Positions 25,830-34,918 of a stretch of 43,807 nucleotides of DNA are shown piece by piece (positions within the stretch are counted from its first letter, which is position 1; the number at the start of each line of letters is the position of its first letter). Position numbers and translations under genes: made by a program. The notes below the pieces were generated by a model. The model was not told the origin of the DNA and ran no database searches. It worked only from the letters and a program-made list of their open reading frames with translations. The DNA lies in the IMG/VR virus record IMGVR_UViG_3300020429_000529, positions 454,762 to 498,568 of that record. One strand, given 5' to 3'. The stretch comes from a virus.

Positions 25830-26149
25830 ACCTGATCCGCAACAACTCCGAAACCGACAGCAAAGGGCTGTTCTGGTCCAACGACGATGGTTGGGTCGGG
25901 ATCGAAGATGCAGACATCTTTCAGGATCAAAGCCTGAACCTGCCCATCGACGGCGAATGGGTCGAGGGCGCAGCACTGATCTTCGAGCTTCATCGGGCTG
26001 CGAGTCGATCCCTCGCTTGCTTCCGAGAGATGTACGACCGGATGGAAGCAGGTGCCGACGCTGCGGCTATAATGGAGGACAGCAATCTATGGCCGCTGAC
26101 ATGGCTGCGCGACAGCCTCGGCGGTCTCACTGTCGAGTACGAGGACTGA
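25826..26149 (+). CDS. hypothetical protein (107 aa)
   Basis: ATGA overlap with the upstream gene. Confidence 0.5.
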   Translation: MNLIRNNSETDSKGLFWSNDDGWVGIEDADIFQDQSLNLPIDGEWVEGAALIFELHRAASRSLACFREMYDRMEAGADAAAIMEDSNLWPLTWLRDSLGGLTVEYED

Positions 26150-26150
26150 T

Positions 26151-26603
26151 ATGAAACTTCTCAAGAGCGGCAAGGGCATCCTTGCACTGATCGTGCTGCT
26201 GGTCGTTGCCGTCATCGGCATCAAGGTCGCTTTCTTCGGCGTATGGGCTGGCTACAGCGATGGTCAGCGCGTCGGAACACTGCATCAGTTCACGCAGAAG
26301 GGCGTCTACCGAATCGGCAAGGGCGAACTGCTCATCAACGACTTCGGCGTCTCTGGCGGAGGCAAGGGCGCAACGACCATCGGTAACAACTGGACGTTCA
26401 ACGTCAGCGACGACGAGTTGATCGAAGCGTGCCGTAACTCCATCGACAAGCGGATCATCGTCGAGTACCGCCAATGGTGGAGATCGCCCTGGTACATGAC
26501 GACCGACTACGAGGTCATCCTCATCCGAGACGCCGATACCAACGAGATCATCGCTCCGAAGAGGACGGGCACTGACGGATCGTTACCTGCATCTGAGCCA
26601 TGA
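26151..26603 (+). CDS. secreted or membrane-anchored protein (150 aa)
   Basis: N-terminal hydrophobic helix. Confidence 0.55.
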   Translation: MKLLKSGKGILALIVLLVVAVIGIKVAFFGVWAGYSDGQRVGTLHQFTQKGVYRIGKGELLINDFGVSGGGKGATTIGNNWTFNVSDDELIEACRNSIDKRIIVEYRQWWRSPWYMTTDYEVILIRDADTNEIIAPKRTGTDGSLPASEP

Positions 26604-26929
26604 GCCACGCAGTAATCATCCATCACGTTGCGTCCGTCGCAGTTCCCGACAACGAGCGAGAGGCGGTCATGCTTGCCATCGCCTCGGCCAATCAGTTTGT
26701 CAACGACAACTACGATGTCGATGACGAGAACACGGCCTACTTTGCCCCTTGCGGTTCGAGCGTTCTCGTTCCGATTCGTAAGGACATCGTGGGCAATCTG
26801 CTTGTTTGGGTCGAGACGGCGCAGGTTCAGATCCCCCATTTCATCGCCAACATGTCTGCGGCGTTGCAGGCGAACGGTATCCGCCTTCGGGATTGCGCCA
26901 GCGTTGGCGGATTCCGACAGACCGCATAA
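26600..26929 (+). CDS. hypothetical protein (109 aa)
   Basis: ATGA overlap with the upstream gene. Confidence 0.5.
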   Translation: MSHAVIIHHVASVAVPDNEREAVMLAIASANQFVNDNYDVDDENTAYFAPCGSSVLVPIRKDIVGNLLVWVETAQVQIPHFIANMSAALQANGIRLRDCASVGGFRQTA

Positions 26930-26938
26930 GGAGCCAAC

Positions 26939-27451
26939 ATGAATCGCGGAGTCGCATTTCTGATCGGTCTCGTTCTTCTCATCCCTTTGGTCATCCATCA
27001 GATCGGAGCCTACTACAAGGGCTACATGTTCGACATTCAGGTCGCCAACTATCTCAAGCGGGCGGCTGATGCGCCGAGCCTCGTCCTCGCGACGGAGGCG
27101 ATGGACACAGCGATCGAGGGCATCGAGAGTCGAGGTCTGACCGAGGGCAACAGCGGCATCATCTTCAAGAAGCCTGAGCATGATGTCGGCTACTGGTACA
27201 AACAGATCACTGATGCTCGGGCGGAACTCGCTCAGGCAGAGGAGGAGGGCGGCGAACTCGTCGAGTCCAATGCCCTGATGAAGCTGAGGGAGGTTCTGCT
27301 CGATTCGGGCTCTGAGGGCGATGCTCTCACCGTCCCAATCCGAGCGGCGACCTTCCCGAACCATGTCGCATGGTCGGTCACGCTCTGGATCTTCGCTCCC
27401 ATCGGCATCATCGGTTTCTTCTTCATCATTGGATCGTTCCATTCAAGCTGA
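26939..27451 (+). CDS. membrane protein (170 aa)
   Basis: Shine-Dalgarno site AAGGAG. Hydrophobic helices at both the N- and C-terminus. Confidence 0.6.
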   Translation: MNRGVAFLIGLVLLIPLVIHQIGAYYKGYMFDIQVANYLKRAADAPSLVLATEAMDTAIEGIESRGLTEGNSGIIFKKPEHDVGYWYKQITDARAELAQAEEEGGELVESNALMKLREVLLDSGSEGDALTVPIRAATFPNHVAWSVTLWIFAPIGIIGFFFIIGSFHSS

Positions 27452-27482
27452 ACGGGCACCCTCGGCAACGAGGGTATGTCAG

Positions 27483-27494
27483 CAAAGATAGGTG
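27483..27494 (+). promoter_or_regulatory. CAAAGATAGGTG 12-mer, copy 4
   Basis: Exact 12-mer. Confidence 0.6.
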
Positions 27495-27546
27495 CGCGAA
27501 TTTGTACCTGTCTCGGTCACTGACGGATTTCGGGTCGAGCGAGGCC

Positions 27547-27819
27547 ATGAGCAACGCAACACAAACGCAAACCGAACCCGTCCTTGAGATTGACGAGCGC
27601 AAGACGATCGGCAATGAAGTCCATCGCCTTCGCCTGTACCGCCTGCCTGAGTTGTCGTCCCGTTGGGCCGATGGAATCGCTCGCCGATTCGAGTTGGTCT
27701 ATACTTGGATGGACGCAACGACCGGCGGAGTCAAGGGGCAAGAATGCCAAGGCGCAACCTTCAAGGATTTCCGCGCTTGCAAGCGGGTCGGCATCTTCGG
27801 CCATTACAATCTGTTCTGA
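27547..27819 (+). CDS. hypothetical protein (90 aa)
   Basis: CAAAGATAGGTG, then CACTGAC, then 22 nt, then ATGAGCAAC. Confidence 0.55.
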   Translation: MSNATQTQTEPVLEIDERKTIGNEVHRLRLYRLPELSSRWADGIARRFELVYTWMDATTGGVKGQECQGATFKDFRACKRVGIFGHYNLF

Positions 27820-27872
27820 CCACTGACGCCTGAGCAGCGCAGCAGAATCAACCCAAGCGGAGAACAAACCCC

Positions 27873-28595
27873 ATGACGACGATCATCAACGAAGCCGACC
27901 TCAGAACTCGCCTCTCCAATCTGCGAGGCGCAACCTTCTGTTCCATCATCAGCGTCACCGACCCCAAGCGGAGCGGCATGAGAATGAACGCGACCGATGG
28001 GACGGGCGACCGCAACCCCTGGATCGAGGGGGCTGGCCGCAACGCTGTCTGCCACCTGCGCAAGGTTCAGCGTACCGCCGTCTGCCTGAATGAGCAGTAC
28101 GACAACGGCGTCCGGAAGCAGTTGGAGCGCGAGGGTATCGACCCCGATACTTGGACGCCCGGAACGACCTGGTACACCCGCCAACGGCGCGAGGATGGTA
28201 CGCTCCTGCCCTTCGCCGAACACGACACGAACGGCTCGCTGTACCTCTGCGGGCGCAACCTCGGGCGGTTGTCCGATCCCTACTTCATCGACCTGCGAAC
28301 GGGCGAGCGCGTCGATCCGATCGAAGTCGATCGGTTCCTCCCCGAGAATGAGCAGTACGCCAAGCAGATCGAGGCTGGCATCGCGCCCGCCAATGTCGTC
28401 CGCCGCCAGGTTTGGGGCTTGGAAGGCATCCGAGCCATGAACATCAACGGCGAGCGGTTGGAGATCCACCGTTCATACGCCGAACCCGAGAACGCCGAAG
28501 TCATCGGCATCATCGGCGAGATGATCGCCGCCGCCGAAGCCGACCACGAGACGGCGCAGCAGCGGGCGACCCCCACTGACGCCGCCGTCGCCTGA
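27873..28595 (+). CDS. hypothetical protein (240 aa)
   Basis: Shine-Dalgarno site GCGGAGAA. A terminator follows. Confidence 0.65.
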   Translation: MTTIINEADLRTRLSNLRGATFCSIISVTDPKRSGMRMNATDGTGDRNPWIEGAGRNAVCHLRKVQRTAVCLNEQYDNGVRKQLEREGIDPDTWTPGTTWYTRQRREDGTLLPFAEHDTNGSLYLCGRNLGRLSDPYFIDLRTGERVDPIEVDRFLPENEQYAKQIEAGIAPANVVRRQVWGLEGIRAMNINGERLEIHRSYAEPENAEVIGIIGEMIAAAEADHETAQQRATPTDAAVA

Positions 28596-28668
28596 ACCGC
28601 TTGGGAAGCCGATCGTTCGGCCCCGCCCCCTCCCCTCTCCCCCGAGGGGAGCGAGGGTTTTCTCGCCT

Positions 28669-28680
28669 CAAAGATAGGTG
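28669..28680 (+). promoter_or_regulatory. CAAAGATAGGTG 12-mer, copy 5
   Basis: Exact 12-mer, after a terminator hairpin. Confidence 0.6.
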
Positions 28681-28720
28681 ACCCGTTTCTCCACTGACGC
28701 TGACGACTCGGAGCATCAGC

Positions 28721-28921
28721 ATGAGCAAATGCGACAGATGCCGTCAAGAGTCCAGCATCCTGACGGGCTCCTACTTCAATACGCAGATGATCTGTCTCGA
28801 CTGCGAAGCCAAAGAGCAGGCGCATCCCGACTACGCTGAAGCCAAGCGTATCGAGAACGAGGCGGTCGCTGCGGGCGATACAAACTTCCCCGGGGTTGGC
28901 CTCCCCTCTGATTTGAGATAG
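28721..28921 (+). CDS. zinc-ribbon protein (66 aa)
   Basis: CDRC...CLDC. CCACTGAC, then 22 nt, then ATGAGCAAA. Confidence 0.5.
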   Translation: MSKCDRCRQESSILTGSYFNTQMICLDCEAKEQAHPDYAEAKRIENEAVAAGDTNFPGVGLPSDLR

Positions 28922-28930
28922 AATACCGTC

Positions 28931-29449
28931 ATGGGAGATATGGCTGACGCAATCATTGAGGGTCTGTTCTGCGAGGGATGCGGCCAAGTCATCGACGGCG
29001 ACTCGCCAGGTTTTCCGCGCAAATGCAACGAATGCGGCGGCTCCAAACCCAAGTCCAAGAAGAAGCGGCGCAGCAGAGGCAAAGGCAGCCAGTTCGTCGA
29101 AGTCACGCTCGATCAGTTCCATGAAGTCCTCAAGGCAGACAAAGGCTGGTATCTCTGCGAGGACAACGCCCATGAGCATATCTTCGGTTGGCGTCCGAAG
29201 TCCCCAAGCGAAATAGAGATCAAGGTCGCTACGACTGTCAACAAGGGAACCGAGCGGCATCGTCGCTACGGCAAGGACGCAATCCGTATTTGGGCGATAT
29301 GGTGTCCCGAGGACAAGAAGAACACGCATGGTCTGGTCAAGAGCGTTTCCATCAAACGCACTGACGGATGGCAGAAGCGTTTAGAGACAAAGGTACTCGA
29401 AGTCCTGCAACAGGCACGGAACAACGCAGCAGTATTCGGAGCAAGATAA
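28931..29449 (+). CDS. hypothetical protein with an N-terminal zinc ribbon (172 aa)
   Basis: CEGCG...CNECGG followed by a Lys/Arg-rich tract. Confidence 0.55.
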   Translation: MGDMADAIIEGLFCEGCGQVIDGDSPGFPRKCNECGGSKPKSKKKRRSRGKGSQFVEVTLDQFHEVLKADKGWYLCEDNAHEHIFGWRPKSPSEIEIKVATTVNKGTERHRRYGKDAIRIWAIWCPEDKKNTHGLVKSVSIKRTDGWQKRLETKVLEVLQQARNNAAVFGAR

Positions 29450-29793
29450 TGAGGAAGCCCAAGGATAAGCATGGATACGACCTGAGAGAAGGCGACATGC
29501 TGTACGCCCACGGGTATCCTGGCTCTCCTTGCGCCATCATCCATTCGATCGACTGGGACAAGAAGATCGTCCGACTCGTCGAGCGGCACATCATGTTCCG
29601 CTATGGCTACCAGACCCATTCGACCATCGAAGTCATCGCATCGAACACATGGGTTATCAACTTCCGAAGCATCAATCGGAGCTACTGGCGGCGCTGGCAA
29701 CGGTCCAAGGATGCTGGCATCGTCGGCGAGCAACTGCGAGCCTCCAAGCCCTACGAGCATCGCCGCACTGAGCGGAAGTCTTGGGCCGCCTGA
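29449..29793 (+). CDS. hypothetical protein (114 aa)
   Basis: TAATG overlap with the upstream gene. Start chosen over the ORF-track upstream extension. Confidence 0.5.
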   Translation: MRKPKDKHGYDLREGDMLYAHGYPGSPCAIIHSIDWDKKIVRLVERHIMFRYGYQTHSTIEVIASNTWVINFRSINRSYWRRWQRSKDAGIVGEQLRASKPYEHRRTERKSWAA

Positions 29794-29823
29794 CACTGAC
29801 GGTATCGAACGGAGAATGTTCCC

Positions 29824-29982
29824 ATGAGCGGACGCGAACACATCGAAGCAACGCTGAGAGCCAACGACATCGACCCCGATGAGGCGATTCAGACCGATTC
29901 GGGCACGAGAACGGCCTACGAGATCGCTGAAGCGCACCTCATGGCAGCGATGGATGAGATCGAGGAAGGCCAAGGTCACTGA
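29824..29982 (+). CDS. small hypothetical protein (52 aa), paralog of the 25011 C-terminus
   Basis: CACTGAC, then 23 nt, then ATGAGCGGA. Not in the ORF track because it is under 60 aa. Confidence 0.45.
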   Translation: MSGREHIEATLRANDIDPDEAIQTDSGTRTAYEIAEAHLMAAMDEIEEGQGH

Positions 29983-30005
29983 CAACCTGAGGCAGTTGCA
30001 AGGTC

Positions 30006-30278
30006 ATGCCGATGACCACGAACAGCAACGAACTCAGCGAGATCATGCACCGCCTTCAGGAGCTTGTCTCTCCCCTCCGAGCCGACGCCGAGGAGCGCAA
30101 CAGCACCTTCATCCATGAGGCCGCTGAGGGCATCGAGGCGGCTGCTACGGAGCTTGAGAGCGCCATGCAGCACCTTGAGTCCTTCGAGGCTGGCGAAGAC
30201 GATGAGCCCCTCAACGATGTCGAGGAAGACGACGAGCATCTGGAAGAGGACCGACGCCTGGCAGCGGGCGAGGGCTGA
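30006..30278 (+). CDS. highly acidic hypothetical protein (90 aa)
   Basis: CACTGAC, then 22 nt, then ATG. The stop lies inside CTGACCACTGAC. Confidence 0.5.
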   Translation: MPMTTNSNELSEIMHRLQELVSPLRADAEERNSTFIHEAAEGIEAAATELESAMQHLESFEAGEDDEPLNDVEEDDEHLEEDRRLAAGEG

Positions 30279-30308
30279 CCACTGACCAGAAAGGGAGCAG
30301 GCACTCGC

Positions 30309-30797
30309 ATGAGCGAAACACAAACCCAAGCGTCAATCACCGTCCCCATGAACAACCAGTTCCCGATCCAGCGGATCACGGACCTCATGGTTGGAGCCTT
30401 CGAGCAAAGCTGCGGCTACTGGGCGCAGAACGCCCGCCACGAGCTTCCTGAGGGCTTCGACATGGAAGCCTGGCGAGAGGCCAACGGCTTCACGGATCGT
30501 TGGTCTCACGGCGGCAAGGACTACCAGACGAGCGACTTCTACCTTGCTCCATTCGTCGGCGGAGTCATCATCTTCGATGAGATCACCGAGGAGCGGACTG
30601 GCGAGACTGAGGAGCGCCGTCTCGATCTGGCAGCCATTCAGAGCGGACTGGCACTGATGGCGGCTGGCGGTCCCGAGAACAAGCGATGGGGCTGCGGCGC
30701 AAGGCACTACGCCGACTGGATCGCTGAGAACGACGACGCCGAGACTGCCGATGTCTTCCTGCAAGCCTGCGTACTCGGCGATATCGTCTACGGCTGA
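30309..30797 (+). CDS. hypothetical protein (162 aa)
   Basis: CCACTGAC, then 22 nt, then ATGAGCGAA. Confidence 0.55.
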   Translation: MSETQTQASITVPMNNQFPIQRITDLMVGAFEQSCGYWAQNARHELPEGFDMEAWREANGFTDRWSHGGKDYQTSDFYLAPFVGGVIIFDEITEERTGETEERRLDLAAIQSGLALMAAGGPENKRWGCGARHYADWIAENDDAETADVFLQACVLGDIVYG

Positions 30798-30827
30798 ACA
30801 CTGACGATCTGACGCAGCGGTATTGGC

Positions 30828-31058
30828 ATGAGCCAAACATCCATAACGCTGCATTTCATCGAGGAAGAAGGACTCCATAGCGACAACAAGGTCATTGGAG
30901 TTCAGCAAGGGACAGACGGGGAAATGATCGCTGGTCATTCGTCCAAGCTGACTAAGACCTTCGAGTTCCCGTCCAAGAACGATGGCCGCTATGAGCGACT
31001 GTACGGCATGAAGTATCGAGATGTCGATAAGGTCGTCTCTGGTCTCTGGGGACTCTGA
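30828..31058 (+). CDS. hypothetical protein (76 aa)
   Basis: CACTGAC, then 22 nt, then ATGAGCCAA. A terminator follows. Confidence 0.5.
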   Translation: MSQTSITLHFIEEEGLHSDNKVIGVQQGTDGEMIAGHSSKLTKTFEFPSKNDGRYERLYGMKYRDVDKVVSGLWGL

Positions 31059-31063
31059 CAAGC

Positions 31064-31112
31064 TGCTCCGCCCGCCGCCTGAGCCGAATGGCTCGGCGGT
31101 AGGGTTCATCTG
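31064..31112 (+). terminator. terminator hairpin preceding CAAAGATAGGTG
   Basis: GCCGCCTGAGCCGAATGGCTCGGCGG. Confidence 0.5.
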
Positions 31113-31115
31113 CCG

Positions 31116-31127
31116 CAAAGATAGGTG
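31116..31127 (+). promoter_or_regulatory. CAAAGATAGGTG 12-mer, copy 6
   Basis: Exact 12-mer, after a terminator hairpin. Confidence 0.6.
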
Positions 31128-31163
31128 AACGGTCCACTGACTGGCATATGATCCGTCAAGACC

Positions 31164-31505
31164 ATGAGCAATACCGCAACAATCGAAGCTCCCCTGTTCC
31201 CCGAGGGGATTCTCTATCTCGATGGTCTGACCGAAACGCAAGCGGCCCTTGTGGATCGCATGGTCTACGCCATCATTCGACCTGCGCTGAATGTCGGACT
31301 CGATAACGCATTCTCCAATGCCGAGAATGTCAAGCGGTTCGTTAAGCATGTCGTCGATAAGGTCAACGAGTATGCTGAGTTCGTTCGCATACTCGGCGGG
31401 CACCACTACTACAACCAACTCATGCTTGAGAATGTCATCGCGGCGCTCCGAGATCATCACGATGCGCCCAAGAGTGTGCTTGTTGCGCTTGAGGCTTGCG
31501 TCTGA
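31164..31505 (+). CDS. hypothetical protein (113 aa)
   Basis: CAAAGATAGGTG, then CCACTGAC, then 22 nt, then ATGAGCAAT. Confidence 0.55.
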   Translation: MSNTATIEAPLFPEGILYLDGLTETQAALVDRMVYAIIRPALNVGLDNAFSNAENVKRFVKHVVDKVNEYAEFVRILGGHHYYNQLMLENVIAALRDHHDAPKSVLVALEACV

Positions 31506-31529
31506 CCACTGACCTGAAACAGCGAGGGC

Positions 31530-32234
31530 ATGAGCATGAGCAACCACCCCAAACCGTTTTCGCCCGACCAGTTCACCCACGCCCAATGCGGCTCGCCGCA
31601 AGACAAGGCGGACTTCGGCAACAACCTTGTCGCCTTCATTCTCGGAGGCTACAAGTTCGCCGACTTCACGGACGCGCTCTACAAGCGTCTGTCAATGACA
31701 TTCGGCCATATCGCCCACTACGATCGGCGAGGCTTCTACTCCGAATGGTTCAGCGACGGCAACAGCATCCTCCAATGGATCGACTACATCCGCAACTACA
31801 CGCCGCTCGGTTCGGCTGAATGGACTTTCTCCGACCTTGAGCGCGAGTTCAAGGGATGGATCGAGCGCAACCTTCCGACCCTCATGGAGCATCTGCAAGA
31901 CAAGGCCGATCAGGAGGAACAGACCGCCGAGGCCGCCGGCAGCAGCGTCGAGTTCAAGGTCATCGCGATCAGCCTCAACACCGGACCCTTCGGGCACCGC
32001 CAGCATATCCTCATCGGGCGCAACGCCGTCATGGTCAAGGGCGACCGCCAGCCTTCGATGCACAACCCCACGCTGGAAGACCTGAAAGAGGGCGACATTC
32101 TGACCTTCGAGGTCGATGCCAACGGCTCGCCCATCAACTGGAACAGCAACGGCTTCGAGTTCATGGACACGCATCCCGACGAGGTTCCCGAGAAGGTCAT
32201 GGCCGAGGCTTGGCCCGCTGAGTCTGCGGCATAA
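31530..32234 (+). CDS. hypothetical protein (234 aa)
   Basis: CCACTGAC at 31506-31513. The start is ATGAGCATGAGCAAC. Confidence 0.6.
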   Translation: MSMSNHPKPFSPDQFTHAQCGSPQDKADFGNNLVAFILGGYKFADFTDALYKRLSMTFGHIAHYDRRGFYSEWFSDGNSILQWIDYIRNYTPLGSAEWTFSDLEREFKGWIERNLPTLMEHLQDKADQEEQTAEAAGSSVEFKVIAISLNTGPFGHRQHILIGRNAVMVKGDRQPSMHNPTLEDLKEGDILTFEVDANGSPINWNSNGFEFMDTHPDEVPEKVMAEAWPAESAA

Positions 32235-32292
32235 CGATTGCTCATCCCCTCCCCCGAGGCCGAGAGGCTTCGGCGGTTGAGGGGTAGCCAAG

Positions 32293-32304
32293 CAAAGATA
32301 GGTG
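32293..32304 (+). promoter_or_regulatory. CAAAGATAGGTG 12-mer, copy 7
   Basis: Exact 12-mer, after a terminator hairpin. Confidence 0.6.
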
Positions 32305-32342
32305 CATATGGCCCACTGACTCGATCGCCCCTTCGCATCGGC

Positions 32343-32537
32343 ATGAGCGAACCCAAACCCATGAATGACGAGCAGCGCATCACCGCAGTCCGAGAGCGGC
32401 AAGGCTGGAACGATTCGACCATGCTAACCCTTGCGCTCGAATTCATCGACGACCAGGGCGGCATGGACGACTTCGCCGACATGCTCGAAAATCAGGCTGC
32501 CACTGAGAACAAAGCGGCGGAGGATCTGCATGGATAA
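32343..32537 (+). CDS. hypothetical protein (64 aa)
   Basis: CAAAGATAGGTG, then CCACTGAC, then 22 nt, then ATGAGCGAA. Confidence 0.5.
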   Translation: MSEPKPMNDEQRITAVRERQGWNDSTMLTLALEFIDDQGGMDDFADMLENQAATENKAAEDLHG

Positions 32538-32763
32538 CCGAGCAACAGCCGTCATGCTCCTGACCATCTCTGCCGCAGCGATGGCTCCGGACATTCCCTT
32601 CATCCCCGATCTTGTCGAGCGCGACCGAGCGCCTTGGGCTCGCAAGGGCAGCCGAGGCCCAGGTCGTCGGCGTTGGGGCGGCGATACCAAAGCGAGCAGG
32701 CGCAACAGCCCCCGCTTCACCGCCAACGGTCGCAAACTCAAGCGAAAGAAGAACCGCCGATGA
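32530..32763 (+). CDS. small protein with a hydrophobic N-terminus and a basic C-terminus (77 aa)
   Basis: ATGGATAA overlap with the upstream stop. Confidence 0.4.
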   Translation: MDNRATAVMLLTISAAAMAPDIPFIPDLVERDRAPWARKGSRGPGRRRWGGDTKASRRNSPRFTANGRKLKRKKNRR

Positions 32764-32975
32764 TCGTCGAAATTCGCGCATCGCTTCAACTTGACGGGAC
32801 GGTTCTATACTTCCCTTGCAGCGACGAAACAGGCGACTACGGCGATCCCATCGAGCCGAAAGAAGCGTTCCGCCTCATGCTCGAAGGGATAACTGTTACC
32901 TTCGCTGCGCCGAACATCGAAGACAAGAACAGCAACCTCGAAACCATCCCCTCGACAACACTGACGAAAGTCTGA
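32760..32975 (+). CDS. hypothetical protein (71 aa)
   Basis: ATGA overlap with the upstream gene. Confidence 0.45.
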   Translation: MIVEIRASLQLDGTVLYFPCSDETGDYGDPIEPKEAFRLMLEGITVTFAAPNIEDKNSNLETIPSTTLTKV

Positions 32976-32987
32976 CCTTACGAGGGT

Positions 32988-33365
32988 ATGAGCAAACTCA
33001 CATTCAAGACCGCAGAAGTCCGTCCTCTCTTCGATCACGCCAAGGCTGCCAGCAAGCATCGTCCGACATACGGACAAGAGCCGATTCCGAGTCTGCATCT
33101 CGTCGGCGACCAAGGCGTTTACCTCATGTCGAGCGGAATCCCTCCGATTGCTGAAGATAAAGACAATCGCATCCATCAAGTAGCCTACGCCGAGGGGACC
33201 GATCCGAACGATGGGGGCTTTGAGTGGTACGAGAACAAGCGAGCGCTGTACGGCGGCGATGATGGCGTCGATGCGGTTCCTCTGCATATGTTCGAGAAGG
33301 CGATGGCTCGCGACAGCGAGACATTTACCATCACGCTGACCGCCCGATCCATCCGAGTCCACTGA
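32988..33365 (+). CDS. hypothetical protein (125 aa)
   Basis: CACTGAC lies inside the upstream coding sequence, exactly 22 nt before ATGAGCAAA. Confidence 0.55.
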   Translation: MSKLTFKTAEVRPLFDHAKAASKHRPTYGQEPIPSLHLVGDQGVYLMSSGIPPIAEDKDNRIHQVAYAEGTDPNDGGFEWYENKRALYGGDDGVDAVPLHMFEKAMARDSETFTITLTARSIRVH

Positions 33366-33391
33366 CCTATTCGGGTCTGAGTATCAGCATG
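33360..33391 (+). promoter_or_regulatory. representative CACTGAC, 22 nt, ATG(AGCAAC) start cassette
   Basis: CACTGAC at 33360-33366, a 22-nt spacer, then ATG at 33389. This same architecture precedes about 40 genes. Confidence 0.6.
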
Positions 33392-33652
33392 AGCAACAGA
33401 ATCACCATCGAGACGGACGAATCTTTCGCGCCAGGTTGTTTCATCCTCTGCCAGGTTGACAAGGATGGCAACTACAGTACGAGGGACGAGAGCCGTACCA
33501 AACTCGTTCAGCGCGATACCGACTTCCCCGCTATGGCCCGCAACTTCGGGTGGACGGGCGAGGATGACGATATCGAAGGAGCCGTGGACTACCTCCACGA
33601 TACCGCTTGCGGCGATATCATCGAGGATCCAGGTTACTTCACTGACGACTGA
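33389..33652 (+). CDS. hypothetical protein (87 aa)
   Basis: CACTGAC at 33360-33366, then 22 nt, then ATGAGCAAC. Confidence 0.55.
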   Translation: MSNRITIETDESFAPGCFILCQVDKDGNYSTRDESRTKLVQRDTDFPAMARNFGWTGEDDDIEGAVDYLHDTACGDIIEDPGYFTDD

Positions 33653-33668
33653 GCAAGGGAGCAGCAGC

Positions 33669-33881
33669 ATGAATGTCGGCGAGCTAATTCGACAGCTTCA
33701 GCAGTTTCCTCCCGAGTTCCCCGTCTGCGTCTACGACGAGGGAGAGCCCGAGGCGCATGAGATCCTCGCGGCAGAGGAAAGCGAATCGGACGGCGTACTC
33801 TGGACAGACAGCGCGTGCGATGGATCGCATGGCGGCACCGAGCACCCGACCGTTCAACTGAGGATCAGGGCAACCCACTGA
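33669..33881 (+). CDS. hypothetical protein (70 aa)
   Basis: CACTGAC, then ~23 nt, then ATGAATGTC. The stop lies inside CCACTGAC. Confidence 0.5.
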   Translation: MNVGELIRQLQQFPPEFPVCVYDEGEPEAHEILAAEESESDGVLWTDSACDGSHGGTEHPTVQLRIRATH

Positions 33882-33904
33882 CGGGTAGCGGAGCAGGTAA
33901 GATC

Positions 33905-34339
33905 ATGAGCAATGCAACCGAAACAATCAACTCGTCAGACCTCGGACATTTCACGGGCACTTCGCAATGGTATGTCGCCAGCATCTTCCTGCGGCGGCGG
34001 TTCCTCCTGACGGACGGGACCATGTACCTCGCCAAGCGAGGGTGCCACTGGCTGTTCGATGTCGTCGCCAGCGTCCTGCATACGCAAGGGCGAGCCTTCA
34101 ACGAGAAGGCGGAAGGCTTCTCTGTCTGGCGCATCGAGAAGGTCACTGATGTCGCTGGCGTTGCGGCCCGAGTATCAGCATGGACCGATACGCCTGGCAA
34201 CAGCGGTCGTCTGTATGTCCAGGACATTCCCTACACTGACTTCCCCTTCGACGAGTTGGGAGAACAGTTCGACTTCTATGTCGAGGGCATCGGCATCCCT
34301 GAGAGCCCTTGGGTCGCGCTTCTCAAGAGCGAACACTGA
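33905..34339 (+). CDS. hypothetical protein (144 aa)
   Basis: CCACTGAC, then 22 nt, then ATGAGCAAT. Confidence 0.55.
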   Translation: MSNATETINSSDLGHFTGTSQWYVASIFLRRRFLLTDGTMYLAKRGCHWLFDVVASVLHTQGRAFNEKAEGFSVWRIEKVTDVAGVAARVSAWTDTPGNSGRLYVQDIPYTDFPFDELGEQFDFYVEGIGIPESPWVALLKSEH

Positions 34340-34444
34340 ACAACGGCGGCGGGCGCGTTGAAAGGCAGCCTTGTCAACTGCCGCAAATCCCAGATAAGGT
34401 TGACAATAAAACAAACCCTGGGCACCGCCGCCCATTTCACTTGC

Positions 34445-34456
34445 CAAAGATAGGTG
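34445..34456 (+). promoter_or_regulatory. CAAAGATAGGTG 12-mer, copy 8
   Basis: Exact 12-mer, after a long hairpin and inverted-repeat region. Confidence 0.6.
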
Positions 34457-34495
34457 AAGACGTTACACTGACGCAATCCAAACGAAGGAGTCAGC

Positions 34496-34888
34496 ATGGC
34501 AACCCCACTCGCAGAGCAAGCGTCCCAAGAACTGTTCGACCTCGCCCGTCAGATACCCGAGTTGAAGGCCCATCTCAAGGAGAGCGGCATCATCTTTGAC
34601 GACCAAGGCTGGCGCATTCATGGCACCAATGTCATGAACAACAACGGGATGCTCTGTATCAAGGGAGCCGTTGCGGAATACCTCGCCAAACTCGGAGGGT
34701 TCATCGCCGACTTCAAGCACGAAGGCAACTGGCGATTTTCTGGCGAGTTTGTCAGCATCAATGATGAATCTGAGGATATCGCCATGTCCTATGAGGGAGA
34801 CCCGAAAGCGCGCAGAACTTCGCATCTGACCGCTTGGCTGTTCATGGCAAATCAGGTCATCAGAGAACGGGCACAGATCGCAGCCTGA
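34496..34888 (+). CDS. hypothetical protein (130 aa)
   Basis: CAAAGATAGGTG, then CACTGAC, then an AAGGAG Shine-Dalgarno site, then ATGGCAACC. Confidence 0.6.
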   Translation: MATPLAEQASQELFDLARQIPELKAHLKESGIIFDDQGWRIHGTNVMNNNGMLCIKGAVAEYLAKLGGFIADFKHEGNWRFSGEFVSINDESEDIAMSYEGDPKARRTSHLTAWLFMANQVIRERAQIAA

Positions 34889-34918
34889 CCACTGACTCTC
34901 CAAGGCTTCCGCATCAGC

